DNA of 64,000 bases. Origin: Nitrospirota bacterium (lineage in GTDB: Bacteria; Nitrospirota; UBA9217). Shown piece by piece: positions 29,149-39,582 of the stretch. The stretch is taken from contig CAWJQQ010000009.1 of NCBI GenBank assembly GCA_963845065.1, positions 480,001 through 544,000 of the forward strand, written 5' to 3'. The stretch's first letter is position 1. Every line of letters starts with the position of its first letter. The translations under genes and the position numbers were made by a program. The notes beneath the pieces were generated by a model. It made no database searches. It had not been told where the DNA came from and saw only the letters and a list, made by a program, of their open reading frames with translations.

Positions 29149-29208
29149 ATGGCGACAAAGAAGGCTCCGGCTAAAAAGGCGAAAAAAACCACTACTAAAA
29201 AGAAATAA
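29149..29208 (+). CDS. 19-aa Lys-rich micro-protein MATKKAPAKKAKKTTTKKK
   Basis: Same RBS GAAAGGGGGTG 8 nt upstream; terminator CCACGAAG/CTTCGTGG + T-run downstream. Confidence 0.75.
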   Translation: MATKKAPAKKAKKTTTKKK

Positions 29209-29255
29209 CAAGTGTGCAATGATGACGTACTATGATAGTGCCATCTGCAACTCTA

Positions 29256-29286
29256 CCACGAAGCAGGTCTTCGTGGTTTTGTTTTT
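29256..29286 (+). terminator. Intrinsic terminator after the micro-ORFs
   Basis: ACCACGAAG-caggt-CTTCGTGGT followed by TTTGTTTTT. Confidence 0.65.
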
Positions 29287-29331
29287 AGAAAACACTTTTC
29301 AATTCGAACTAACTCGGCTAGAATATGTTCA

Positions 29332-29673
29332 ATGAGACAACGAATCATGCGTAAACGGAATACCCTAAAATCTGATAGAAAGTTCTGGGGTTCTCACGGC
29401 AGGAAACTGATCGTTGCTGCCGCCATCCTTCTCGCTCTGTATCTCACTGCAAACTTAATCTTTGGTGAGATGGGTATAATCAAGTACTTAAGAATGATGG
29501 CGCAGTATAACGCACTCACACAAGACATCGCAACGCTTAACCTGGACAATATGAAACTAGCGCGCGAGGTCCGCGAGCTGAAGACCGATCCCAACTATAT
29601 TGAGCAAATTGCCCGGGATAAACTCGGACTTGCGCGTCAAGGTGAGATAGTGTACTATTATGACGAGCCCTGA
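29332..29673 (+). CDS. ftsB: Septum formation initiator (FtsB/DivIC family)
   Basis: Single TM helix, coiled coil, IEQIARDKLGLARQGE. Confidence 0.85.
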   Translation: MRQRIMRKRNTLKSDRKFWGSHGRKLIVAAAILLALYLTANLIFGEMGIIKYLRMMAQYNALTQDIATLNLDNMKLAREVRELKTDPNYIEQIARDKLGLARQGEIVYYYDEP

Positions 29674-29805
29674 GAGTTAGAAACCCAGAATGCTCAACTG
29701 GATTTTTTCCACTGAATCGATGCACATTACGGTATTGATGAATTTTTGTTGTGTGCTTACAAGACGAATGCAGGGATGAGAATATCAATCTAGTCCCCCT
29801 TTGCC

Positions 29806-32010
29806 ATGTCGAACGATCCTCTCTCTATAGCCTTTGTATGGCACATGCATCAGCCCTACTATAAGGATGACATTACCGGTTCCTATATACTTCCTTGGGT
29901 CAGACTGCACGGGATCAAGGATTATTATGACATGCCCTCGCTCTTGACCGACTTTCCTGGGATTCACCAGACATTCAATCTAGTTCCTTCGCTGCTCAAG
30001 CAAATCTGCGATTACGTCGAGAATGGTGCCGTTGACAAATTCCTGGACCTGACGCTCAAACCGGCTGCGGAGCTTGAACGCGAGGATAAACTGTTCTTGC
30101 TCAAAAACTCCTTCATGGCGAACTGGGACACTATGATAAGACCCTATCCTTCATACTGGATGCTGCTCGACCGCAGGGGCTACAGCGTTTCTCCCAACGA
30201 TCTCGATAATGCAACACGGTATTTTACAACCCAGGATTATCTGGATTTGCAGGTTTGGTTCAATCTGACCTGGTTTGATCCTTCATTTAAACAGACCGAC
30301 ACTTTTCTCAAAGGCTTGATCCGAAAAGGCTCTGGTTTTTCCGAGAACGAAAAAAGGCTTCTCATTCAAAAACAGCGCGAGATTATGGCGCTGATAATAC
30401 CGGTTTACAAGCAGTTGACGCAGGCGGGCAGGATAGAGTTGACGACGACACCTTTTTATCATCCGATTCTCCCTCTCCTGTTTGATACAGATCTTGCAAA
30501 GGTGGCAGTGCCCGACATACGTCTGCCGACAAAACGGTTTGTCCACCCCGAGGACGCCAAAGTCCAGGTCGAACGCGCGCTTGCTTATCACGAGAACCTG
30601 TTCGGCACACGTCCTTCCGGAATGTGGCCGGCCGAGGGCTCGGTTGCCGAAGAAATCATTCCTCTCCTTGCTGATTCCGGCATCAAGTGGATCGGTTCGG
30701 ATGAAGGGGTGCTGGGCCGCTCTCTCGGCGTCCATATTGATCGGGACTTTGCCGGCGTAATGAAGAACCCTGCCGTGCTTTATAAACCTTATCTGGTTGG
30801 CAAGGGAGATAAACGCATCTCGATTGTATTCCGCGATCATACAATCTCCGATCTAATCGGGTTCGTCTATTCCAAGTGGGATTACAAAAACGCTGTCCAT
30901 GATCTTATCGACCGGATGCACCGGGTACGCCGGGAACTTTCCGACGGCCCCCATCTCGTGTCGATCATTCTCGACGGCGAGAACGCCTGGGAGTACTATC
31001 AAAACGATGGCAGGGATTTTTTTCTGTATCTCTACGAACGCCTAAGCGGGGAACAGGGACTAAGGTGCGTGACGGTAGGGGAATATCTACAGGAGCATCC
31101 GGCGCAGGACGTTATTGACAGCCTCCATGCGGGTTCATGGATAAACGCTAACTTCCGCGTCTGGATCGGGCATGAAGAAGACAATCGAGCCTGGGACCTC
31201 CTTGCTCAAACGCGAGAGGCCCTGACGGCTTATGCCAGCGAAAACGCGGACCCCGAGAAACTAGCGCTTGCATGGGAAGAGATCTATATCGCGGAGGGGA
31301 GCGACTGGTGCTGGTGGTACGGGGACGACCATTATTCCGATAATGACGCGGAGTTCGATCTTCTTTTCAGAACGCACCTGATAAATGTTTACCGGATTAT
31401 CGGCCTCGATATTCCCGATGAACTCCAGATATCCATTTTGCGTGAGGACCGGCAGGCGCTGCCCACAGTCGAGCTCACAGCTTTCATTTCTCCGACGATC
31501 GATGGCCAGGTAACGAATTATTTCGAATGGCTTTCAGCTGGCTTCTATGATGTAAGTCAGGGCGGTGGAGCAATGCATCGGGGGGCATCGATTATAACGC
31601 ACATCTATTATGGGTTTGACCTTAAGAACATGTTCCTCCGTATCGATCCAAGTTGGAGCTTGAAGGACGAAAAGGTTTCCGAACTTGCTTTTTTTGTTAA
31701 TTTCCTCAATCCAAAGAATATGGATGTGGAAATCCGAATTTCACCTCAGGAACGGCGCGTGATTGCAGCGCTCTTCAGGCGGGATAATGGAAATCGTCAA
31801 CAGACGGCGGCGATCAACACTGTCGCAGCCAATGAAATCATTGAACTCGCCGTTCCCTTCGAACTGCTGGGAGTCAAGCAGAATGATGAGCTCCAGCTAT
31901 TTGTAACGGTTGAGCGTTCGGGGTCTGAAATTGAGAAGTGGCCCTACCGCGGCTACATCCAGCTTAAAGTTCCGACCGACGATTTCGAGGCCATGATGTG
32001 GCAAGTGTAG
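29806..32010 (+). CDS. Glycoside hydrolase family 57 (amylopullulanase-like)
   Basis: WHMHQP, HPILPL, WPAEG, LDGENAW, AEGSDWCWW. Confidence 0.93.
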   Translation: MSNDPLSIAFVWHMHQPYYKDDITGSYILPWVRLHGIKDYYDMPSLLTDFPGIHQTFNLVPSLLKQICDYVENGAVDKFLDLTLKPAAELEREDKLFLLKNSFMANWDTMIRPYPSYWMLLDRRGYSVSPNDLDNATRYFTTQDYLDLQVWFNLTWFDPSFKQTDTFLKGLIRKGSGFSENEKRLLIQKQREIMALIIPVYKQLTQAGRIELTTTPFYHPILPLLFDTDLAKVAVPDIRLPTKRFVHPEDAKVQVERALAYHENLFGTRPSGMWPAEGSVAEEIIPLLADSGIKWIGSDEGVLGRSLGVHIDRDFAGVMKNPAVLYKPYLVGKGDKRISIVFRDHTISDLIGFVYSKWDYKNAVHDLIDRMHRVRRELSDGPHLVSIILDGENAWEYYQNDGRDFFLYLYERLSGEQGLRCVTVGEYLQEHPAQDVIDSLHAGSWINANFRVWIGHEEDNRAWDLLAQTREALTAYASENADPEKLALAWEEIYIAEGSDWCWWYGDDHYSDNDAEFDLLFRTHLINVYRIIGLDIPDELQISILREDRQALPTVELTAFISPTIDGQVTNYFEWLSAGFYDVSQGGGAMHRGASIITHIYYGFDLKNMFLRIDPSWSLKDEKVSELAFFVNFLNPKNMDVEIRISPQERRVIAALFRRDNGNRQQTAAINTVAANEIIELAVPFELLGVKQNDELQLFVTVERSGSEIEKWPYRGYIQLKVPTDDFEAMMWQV

Positions 32011-32054
32011 CAGGTTTTTTTGTATGACTGTTTAATCAGCGAGGGAAAAAAATT

Positions 32055-32090
32055 AATAAGGCACCTGAGAAAGGTGCCTTATTTTTTTTT
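32055..32090 (+). terminator. Bidirectional intrinsic terminator
   Basis: AATAAGGCACCT-gaga-AAGGTGCCTTATT with flanking A and T runs. Confidence 0.85.
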
Positions 32091-32229
32091 GAGCACTGCC
32101 TGTAGGTAGGCAATCAGTGGCATCCCGAAAGACCGCCGATGCATGGATTGCATGTCAACTCGTTGCATTTTATTCCAGATGTTGCTTTAAGAAAATAGAC
32201 CAGGAACCCCACATGCTTTAGCGATAGGA

Positions 32230-32911
32230 GTACGTGAAAGCTCCAGGATAAACCGGCATAGGGCAGAGGGTGAAAGTCCCTTACAGGAAGGGACGAGCTG
32301 AACCATCATGGTTCCGAGTCATGCGCGGGCGGTCGTGAGAGCGCGCGTGAAGCGTTGACAGGGGAAGCGTAGGCCAGCCATTGTGCTCCGAAATCGCCAG
32401 TCCGGGGTGTGCCAACCGCGTTCAGCTGTTGGGAAGGCACTTCGGGCAACGGCGTTAACCTGCCAGTCGTTGTCTGGCCCCGCGGAGTCACAGAGATCCT
32501 GTGCATGCGTGGACACTCTATGCTCGAGAACCGGGATAGCTCAGAGGCATTCGTTGCGGAAGTTAGCATCGGATCGGTGGGGGAAGACCTGTGGTCGTAA
32601 TCTTTACCTGCATGCTGTTTTGCAGTCTGACATCGATGTAGTACCGAAGACGGAGTCGAACAAAGTGGCGTGGTGTCATGAAGTGAAGGAGGTTCTTGAG
32701 GAAAGGCTGGTGATCAAGGGGTAGGCTGGCAAGTCGTCGGTAACATGTACTCAGTGACAGGGATAAACTTTGGACTAACTTCACAGAATACGCGAGATTG
32801 TGGTTGTATCAGTCGGTTTTGCGGCATCACCCGACGTATGAGCCGTGTTATGTAGTTTCTCGTGCACTGATCTGTGCGGGGGCGTCCGGTAACGGACGTT
32901 CCTACCGTGAT
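32230..32911 (+). ncRNA. ORF-less group II intron (class E-like), probably degenerate
   Basis: Domain I words GGTGAAAGTCCC, CCGAGTCATGCG, GAAGCGTTGACAGGGG, GAGAACCGGGA; GTAGTACCGAAGA; DV-like GAGCCG...GATCTGTGCGGGGG; DVI hairpin CGTCCGGTAACGGACG-TTCCTACCGTGAT. The 5' boundary is uncertain. Confidence 0.85.
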
Positions 32912-33007
32912 CAGAGATTGGGGAGTCACTTCATGGATTGCAATGAGAAGAAATCGATAGCACATACCACCAATGTCAACACGGATGTTCTGAAACCGTA
33001 TATTTTC

Positions 33008-33035
33008 TTGACATCATAAGGTTTTTTTGTATAAT
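33008..33035 (+). promoter_or_regulatory. Sigma70 promoter of glyQ
   Basis: TTGACA-16 nt-TATAAT. Confidence 0.7.
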
Positions 33036-33084
33036 AGCAGTCTATTTTCCTATCATTCTCGGTTTTCCCAGGCAGGAGCAATCA

Positions 33085-33957
33085 TTGACATTCCAGGAAC
33101 TTGTACTTACGCTTCAGACATTCTGGGCATCGAAGGGTTGCGTCATCCACCAGCCATACGACACCGAAGTTGGCGCAGGGACATTCCATCCGGCAACGTT
33201 TCTGCGCGTACTCGGGCCTGAACCATGGAAGACTGCCTACGTGCAACCTTCGCGCAGGCCTACGGATGGACGCTACGGCGAGAACCCCAACCGTTTGCAG
33301 CATTACTATCAGTTTCAGGTAATCTTAAAACCTCATCCGGAAAATGTGCAGGAGATATACCTAGAGAGTCTCGTGAAACTGGGCATCAATCTTTTGAAAC
33401 ATGACATCCGTTTTGTTGAAGACGACTGGGAATCGCCCACACTCGGCGCTTGGGGCCTCGGCTGGGAGGTCTGGTTGGACGGGATGGAAGTCACCCAGTT
33501 CACTTACTTCCAGCAGGTAGGTGGCATCGACCTCAAGCCTATTTCCGCCGAGCTCACCTATGGTATTGAACGCCTTGCCATGTATCTTCAGGGTGTTAAC
33601 AACGTTTATGACCTCGAATGGACCAAGGGCATCAAGTACGGCGACATTCATTTCGATACTGAAGTGCAGTTCTCGAAGTACAACTTCGAACTTTCAAACC
33701 GGGAAATGCTGTTCAGACAGTTCGAGTCATATGAACAAGAAAGCGAGAAGCTAGTCAAAGTCGGCGTGGTGCTGCCTGCTTATGACTACTGTCTTAAGTG
33801 TTCTCACACCTTTAACCTGCTTGATGCCGCAGGGGCAATCAGTGTGACCGAGCGAACAGGGTACATCGCGCGGGTTAGAAAACTTGCGCGACTCTGTGCA
33901 CATGCCTATCTTACCGACCGGGAGGCGAAAGGTTTTCCGATGCTGAAGAAACAGTAG
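33085..33957 (+). CDS. glyQ: Glycine-tRNA ligase alpha subunit
   Basis: [36 protein letters not shown] start with AGGAG RBS. Confidence 0.98.
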   Translation: MTFQELVLTLQTFWASKGCVIHQPYDTEVGAGTFHPATFLRVLGPEPWKTAYVQPSRRPTDGRYGENPNRLQHYYQFQVILKPHPENVQEIYLESLVKLGINLLKHDIRFVEDDWESPTLGAWGLGWEVWLDGMEVTQFTYFQQVGGIDLKPISAELTYGIERLAMYLQGVNNVYDLEWTKGIKYGDIHFDTEVQFSKYNFELSNREMLFRQFESYEQESEKLVKVGVVLPAYDYCLKCSHTFNLLDAAGAISVTERTGYIARVRKLARLCAHAYLTDREAKGFPMLKKQ

Positions 33958-34110
33958 AAAGCTGACGGTGGGCAGGGCAAGGAATAAAATAAAACAGTTT
34001 ATCAGGGTGAGCGGACTGAAAAAATCTGAATTGACAATCACGCTTATCTAATAGTCTTGTCCAGGCCTTAAGTCCTTTATTGGGTTCATTTGTAGTAAAA
34101 GGAGCAATTT

Positions 34111-36201
34111 TTGTCCAAAGAATTTCTCTTAGAAATCGGGACCGAAGAGATCCCCTCGCGTTTCATCAATCCGGCGCTTGACAAAATGAAAGAGCTCTTT
34201 TCGGGGCTGCTTATAAGCGGCCGCGTTGCAATCGAAAACGGCGTCATTCAGGTTTATGGAACACCGCGTCGGCTCGTCCTTTATGTGCCCCAGTTGGCTG
34301 AGCGTCAGAAGGATGTTTCGAAGGAGGTAGTCGGCCCGCCGAAAAAAATTGCTTTCGATGCGGAAGGAAAACCGACCAAGGCTGCTCTGGTCTTTTCCGA
34401 AAAGAACAGTGTGCCGGTCGACGCGTTAACTAGTAAAACGACTGACAAGGGCGAATACGTTGTAGCACGAGTGGACGAAAAGGGTGGCGACACCGGTGAC
34501 TGGCTGAAACAGGTGATGCCGGGGTTCATCCTCTCTATTCCGTTTCAGAAAACGATGCGCTGGATGGACAAGGATATCCGGTTTGTGCGGCCCATACACT
34601 GGATCGTCGCGCTCTGGGGCGGTGCTGTTGTCGAGTTTGCCTTGAACGGAATCAAGAGCGGCAACCTATCCAGGGGCCATCGGTTCATGAGCCCCGGAGC
34701 ATTCATGGTAAAGGATTTCAAGTCATATATCCTGCAGGCTGAGCTGAACTACCTTGTTTTAGACCCAGAAGTTCGCAAACAATGGATTATCAAACAGACC
34801 GAGGAACTAGCCAAATCAAAAAATGGAACCGTGCTTGACGATCCCGGTTTGGTCGAAGAAGTGGCAAATCTTGTTGAATATCCGGTTGCTGTCATGGGGA
34901 CCTTTAACAAGGAATATCTTCGAGTTCCCAAAGAAGTATTAATTACGGCCATGCGCGAACATCAGCGCTACTTCAGCGTTGTGGGACAGAGCGGCAATCT
35001 GCTGCCATGCTTCATCACGATCAGCAACACCAGGGCAGAGGACATGGATATCGTCCGAGCGGGAAATGAGCGCGTGCTTGCTGCGCGATTGTCCGATGCT
35101 GCATATTTTTTTGACCATGACGTGAAACAACCGCTGGGTGACCGCATCGAGGCTCTAAAGAAGGTCACCTATCAGGAAAAGCTCGGAACGGTTTATGACA
35201 AGGCCCTGCGGGTGAAGCACCTGGCAGTGTATCTGTCCAGCATTACTCATGCAGATGCGCCAAGCGTCGCCCGTGCCGCTGAACTGTGCAAGATTGATCT
35301 TCTTACTGGCGTTGTGGGTGAGTTCCCCAAACTACAAGGAGTGATGGGCAGATATTATGCACTTAACTCCGGCGAGGACCCTCGCGTTGCCGACGCAATC
35401 CTCGAACACTACCTGCCTCGCTATGCAGGCGATAAGCTTCCGGATTCTCTGGAAGGTATGTGCTTGGGCATAGCCGACCGTATCGATTCTATTACGGGAT
35501 GTTTTTCCGTCGGGTTCGTTCCAAGCGGTTCCGAGGACCCCTATGGCCTCAGGAGGCAATCTGTCGCCATCTTGAATATGCTGATGGAGCGGGGTCTTCG
35601 ACTGTCGCTTGCGGACTTGATCGCCGAGGCATGCAAGGCATACGGTCTCAAGAAGCAGGCAAAAGAAAAAGTTGAAGGCGAGATACTTGACTTTTTCCGT
35701 CAGCGGTTGGCGGGCATGCTTGCAGCCGAAGGACTCCGGTCCGACGTTGTGGATGCCGCGCTTTCTGTGGGGTTCAAGGATCCTCTTATTGCGAGGGAAA
35801 AGGTGCGCGCCCTTGACGCGCTTCGAACGTCAGAGGACTACCAGCCGCTTGTAACGGCTCTCAAGCGTGCCGGAAATATTCTGCCGAAGGAGTTCACGGG
35901 AAAGGTTAAAAAAAATTTACTCAAACTGGATGCAGAGAAAGCCCTTTATGCATCTTATTCGGACATCAAGGACAGCATTCTGGAAAAGGCGGCAAGGCTC
36001 GATTTCCGCGGCGCCCTAGCAGACATAGCGTCGCTTAGGAAAGACGTTGATGCTTTCTTCGACACGGTAATGGTCATGGACAAGGATGCTGAAGTAAAGG
36101 CGAACCGCTTGGCGCTCCTTGCCGGCATTACTGGCCTGTTTTCTCAGATTGCGGATTTCTCGCGGCTTGTATTGAATAGCGAGAGTGAACTGAAAAACTA
36201 A
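34111..36201 (+). CDS. glyS: Glycine-tRNA ligase beta subunit
   Basis: LLEIGTEEIP, TPRRL, EFPKLQGVMG, GSEDPYGLRR; TTG start. Confidence 0.97.
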   Translation: MSKEFLLEIGTEEIPSRFINPALDKMKELFSGLLISGRVAIENGVIQVYGTPRRLVLYVPQLAERQKDVSKEVVGPPKKIAFDAEGKPTKAALVFSEKNSVPVDALTSKTTDKGEYVVARVDEKGGDTGDWLKQVMPGFILSIPFQKTMRWMDKDIRFVRPIHWIVALWGGAVVEFALNGIKSGNLSRGHRFMSPGAFMVKDFKSYILQAELNYLVLDPEVRKQWIIKQTEELAKSKNGTVLDDPGLVEEVANLVEYPVAVMGTFNKEYLRVPKEVLITAMREHQRYFSVVGQSGNLLPCFITISNTRAEDMDIVRAGNERVLAARLSDAAYFFDHDVKQPLGDRIEALKKVTYQEKLGTVYDKALRVKHLAVYLSSITHADAPSVARAAELCKIDLLTGVVGEFPKLQGVMGRYYALNSGEDPRVADAILEHYLPRYAGDKLPDSLEGMCLGIADRIDSITGCFSVGFVPSGSEDPYGLRRQSVAILNMLMERGLRLSLADLIAEACKAYGLKKQAKEKVEGEILDFFRQRLAGMLAAEGLRSDVVDAALSVGFKDPLIAREKVRALDALRTSEDYQPLVTALKRAGNILPKEFTGKVKKNLLKLDAEKALYASYSDIKDSILEKAARLDFRGALADIASLRKDVDAFFDTVMVMDKDAEVKANRLALLAGITGLFSQIADFSRLVLNSESELKN

Positions 36202-36305
36202 AATGGAGAGACAAAGAAACGGAGCCCGAGGGGAGTTGATCTTTCCGATTTGATTCTGCTCCAGTTAATAAGTTTCCTTTTCAATAAAATAGGGAGGAAG
36301 GTCAC

Positions 36306-38990
36306 ATGACGACGGGGAAAAAATATATTTATTTTTTTGGCAGCGGTAAGGCAGACGGAACAGGGACGATGAAGGACCTGCTCGGCGGCAAAGGCGCAGG
36401 CCTTGCTGAAATGACGAACGCTGGCGTGCCGGTGCCGCCTGGATTCACTATCACCACGGAGGTCTGTAACCTTTTTTATGAACTGGGGAAACGCGTACCG
36501 GACGGTCTTGATAGCGAAGTGCGTGAGTACATGAGCAAGATGGAGGGCGCGCTGGGCGGCAAGTTCAAATTCGGTGAGGTCGAACGACCGCTGCTCGTGT
36601 CTGTGCGGTCAGGTTCCAAGTTCTCCATGCCAGGCATGATGGATACAGTCCTGAACCTCGGGTTGAACGACCAAACGATCCACGGTCTAATCCGCATGTC
36701 CGGCAACGAGCGATTCGCCTGGGATGCCTATCGCCGGTTCATCCAGATGTTCGGCAACGTTGTTATGGACATCAGCAAGGAAATTTTTGAACATATCATC
36801 CATGAAATGAAGAAGAAAAAGAAGATCAGCCTCGATATCGAACTGACCGCAGAAGACCTGAATATCCTCGCTCAGAAATTCAAGGCCAAGGTCAAGCAGG
36901 TCGCGAAGCGCGAGTTTCCGCAGGACGTCTGGGAACAACTCATCATGGCACGTGATGCCGTCTTCGGCTCCTGGAACAACCCCCGCGCAATCACTTACCG
37001 TAAATTGAACGATATTCCCGCAAATCTTGGCACTGCCGTGACGGTACAGGCCATGGTATTCGGGAATATGGGTGAAACTTCAGCAACGGGCGTCGGCTTC
37101 ACCCGGAACCCTTCTACGGGTGCCAAGGAATTCTATGGTGAGTATCTGACGAATGCACAAGGCGAGGACGTTGTGGCCGGTGTCCGTACTCCGCACCCAA
37201 TCACCGACCTTGAAAGGGAAATGCGGCAGGTTTACAATCAACTTCGTGAGATTACGACCAAGCTTGAGAAGCACTACCGCGATGTTCAGGATTTCGAGTT
37301 CACGGTTCAGGAAGGCACGCTCTTTATGCTCCAAACTCGCACAGGCAAACGTACGGCGCAAGCCGCGGTTACTATTGCTGTTGACATGGTTTCGGAAGGC
37401 CTGATCTCAAAGGAAGAAGCTCTGCTGCGCGTCGAGCCTGCTTCTATTGATCAGCTCCTCCATCCCATTATCGATCCCAAGGCGAAGATCAATGTCATTG
37501 CCAAAGGCCTTCCGGCATCCCCTGGAGCTGCATCAGGCAAGGTAGTGTTTACTGCCGACGAAGCGGTGAAACAGGCAAAGAAGGGAAATGTGATCCTCGT
37601 TAGGCCTGAGACGACACCCGACGACATTCACGGCATGGACGCAGCTAAAGGTATCTTGACAGCGCGCGGAGGCATGACCTCCCACGCGGCCGTGGTCGCT
37701 CGCGGTATGGGTAAACCATGCGTGGCGGGCTGCGAATCCATCAATGTGGACCTCAAAGCACAGAAATTCACAGTGGGCAAATATGCCGTGAAATTGGGTG
37801 ACAGCATTACAATAGACGGTGGCACAGGCCGCGTGATCATCGGCAAGGTGCCGACTAAGGACCCCGAAGTGAGCGGCGATTTTGGCACGCTGATGAAGTG
37901 GGCGGACGAAATTCGCACCATGGGTGTCCGCGCGAACGCAGACATTCCCCGTGACGCCAAGATGGCTCGACAGTTTGGCGCAGAAGGCATTGGTCTTTGT
38001 CGGACCGAGCACATGTTTTTTGCCGAGGAGCGATTGCCGATCGTACAGCAGATGATCCTTGCCGACAACACCGAGATGCGAGAGAAAGCTCTAGCCAAAT
38101 TGCTCCCCATGCAACGAGCGGATTTTAAGGGCCTCTTCGAGAGCATGGCGGGATTTCCTGTAACGATCCGTCTTCTCGATCCTCCGCTCCATGAGTTCCT
38201 GCCGAAGCGTGAAGATCTCATGGTCGAGTTGGCGGTGATGCAGGTTAAGAAGGCACCCAAGGCTTCTATTTCAAAAAAAGCAAAGCTTCTGCGTCGAGTG
38301 GAGGAACTTCACGAATTGAACCCGATGCTCGGTCACCGCGGGTGCAGGCTCGGCATCGTCTATCCTGAGATCACGCAGATGCAGACTAAGGCCATCATCG
38401 AGGCTGCCTGCGAACTTGCCAAGAAGGGTAAAAAAGTCATACCGGAGATCATGGTCCCACTCGTTGGGATTAAAAAAGAGCTCCAGAACCAGAAGGAGCT
38501 CATCAAGAAAACAGCCGATGAAGTGATGCAGAAAAAGGGCATTAAGATCGACTATATGATCGGAACGATGATTGAGTTGCCTCGTGCGGCTTTGATCGCC
38601 GACGAAATCGCGCAGGAGGCGGAGTTCTTCTCATTCGGCACTAATGACCTGACCCAGACCACCTTCGGGTTCAGCCGCGACGACGCGGGAAAATTCATCG
38701 GCTACTATACCGAGCACAACATCCTCGCGAAAGACCCGTTCCAGACGCTTGATCAGGACGGTGTAGGCATGCTCGTGAAGATGGGTGTGGCAAAAGGCCG
38801 CGGCACTAGGCCGAACCTTAAGGTTGGCATCTGCGGTGAGCACGGAGGGGACCCGGCGAGCGTGGAATTCTGCTATCGCACAGGTCTGAATTACGTGAGC
38901 TGCTCACCCTACCGCGTACCGATTGCTCGGCTTGCCGCTGCACAGGCGAGGCTTAAGGAAAAAGGGGTAGGAGGTTCCGTATCGAAGTAA
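36306..38990 (+). CDS. ppdK: Pyruvate, phosphate dikinase
   Basis: LLGGKGAGLAEM, GGMTSHAAVVARG, GLCRTEHMF, FSFGTNDLTQ. Confidence 0.98.
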   Translation: MTTGKKYIYFFGSGKADGTGTMKDLLGGKGAGLAEMTNAGVPVPPGFTITTEVCNLFYELGKRVPDGLDSEVREYMSKMEGALGGKFKFGEVERPLLVSVRSGSKFSMPGMMDTVLNLGLNDQTIHGLIRMSGNERFAWDAYRRFIQMFGNVVMDISKEIFEHIIHEMKKKKKISLDIELTAEDLNILAQKFKAKVKQVAKREFPQDVWEQLIMARDAVFGSWNNPRAITYRKLNDIPANLGTAVTVQAMVFGNMGETSATGVGFTRNPSTGAKEFYGEYLTNAQGEDVVAGVRTPHPITDLEREMRQVYNQLREITTKLEKHYRDVQDFEFTVQEGTLFMLQTRTGKRTAQAAVTIAVDMVSEGLISKEEALLRVEPASIDQLLHPIIDPKAKINVIAKGLPASPGAASGKVVFTADEAVKQAKKGNVILVRPETTPDDIHGMDAAKGILTARGGMTSHAAVVARGMGKPCVAGCESINVDLKAQKFTVGKYAVKLGDSITIDGGTGRVIIGKVPTKDPEVSGDFGTLMKWADEIRTMGVRANADIPRDAKMARQFGAEGIGLCRTEHMFFAEERLPIVQQMILADNTEMREKALAKLLPMQRADFKGLFESMAGFPVTIRLLDPPLHEFLPKREDLMVELAVMQVKKAPKASISKKAKLLRRVEELHELNPMLGHRGCRLGIVYPEITQMQTKAIIEAACELAKKGKKVIPEIMVPLVGIKKELQNQKELIKKTADEVMQKKGIKIDYMIGTMIELPRAALIADEIAQEAEFFSFGTNDLTQTTFGFSRDDAGKFIGYYTEHNILAKDPFQTLDQDGVGMLVKMGVAKGRGTRPNLKVGICGEHGGDPASVEFCYRTGLNYVSCSPYRVPIARLAAAQARLKEKGVGGSVSK

Positions 38991-39012
38991 TCTATTGCAG
39001 GTGGCAAGAACG

Positions 39013-39038
39013 GGCGGCTAAAAAGGCCGCCTTTTTTT
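39013..39038 (+). terminator. Intrinsic terminator of ppdK
   Basis: GGCGGCT-aaaa-AGGCCGCC followed by a 7-T run. Confidence 0.8.
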
Positions 39039-39182
39039 GCGTGTAACGAAAAAAATACGAACAATGTATTATCTTATGAGAACGTAATACTTCTGTTCAG
39101 TAATGACAATGCACCGCAGGTGTTATACTGATATCAGAGAATAATTTCTCTGCGAAGTTGTACGAGGGGAGGTAGCATAAAA

Positions 39183-39506
39183 ATGAAACAATTCTCTTGC
39201 GAAACAATGGGGAAAAATTGCAATGTCGTTCTGACTGCTCCAACGGAAGAACGGCTTCTGGAAATGGTGTCCTTGCATCTTCGCGACGTACATAAAATGA
39301 CGTCGATCTCACAGGATATCGTAGGTAAAATTAAGCAACTATTCGTGAACCAAGCTGCACAGGACGCTGCCTTTGTCGTTGACCGTATTTTTGAAAAATA
39401 CAACTGCAATAAAGAGCCGGAATGTACCTGGCGATATATCGCTGAAGCAGAGATAATCCTCAAGGGCGATAAATCAGCCCACAAGAAGGAACTGAAGGCC
39501 GCATAG
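39183..39506 (+). CDS. Small metal-binding protein (DUF1059-like)
   Basis: MKQFSC...NC...TAPTEE...HLRDVH; GGGGAGG RBS. Confidence 0.7.
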   Translation: MKQFSCETMGKNCNVVLTAPTEERLLEMVSLHLRDVHKMTSISQDIVGKIKQLFVNQAAQDAAFVVDRIFEKYNCNKEPECTWRYIAEAEIILKGDKSAHKKELKAA

Positions 39507-39582
39507 TATAAGTTGACGACCAGAGTGGCGGTACAGGAATGCCTCCGAATAATAGGGAGGCATTCTATGTGTGAACGTTTAT

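Noticed and set aside
29332..29673. ftsB not preceded by eno as in many bacteria
   Set aside because: Gene-order variation alone is common and cannot be interpreted without related genomes.
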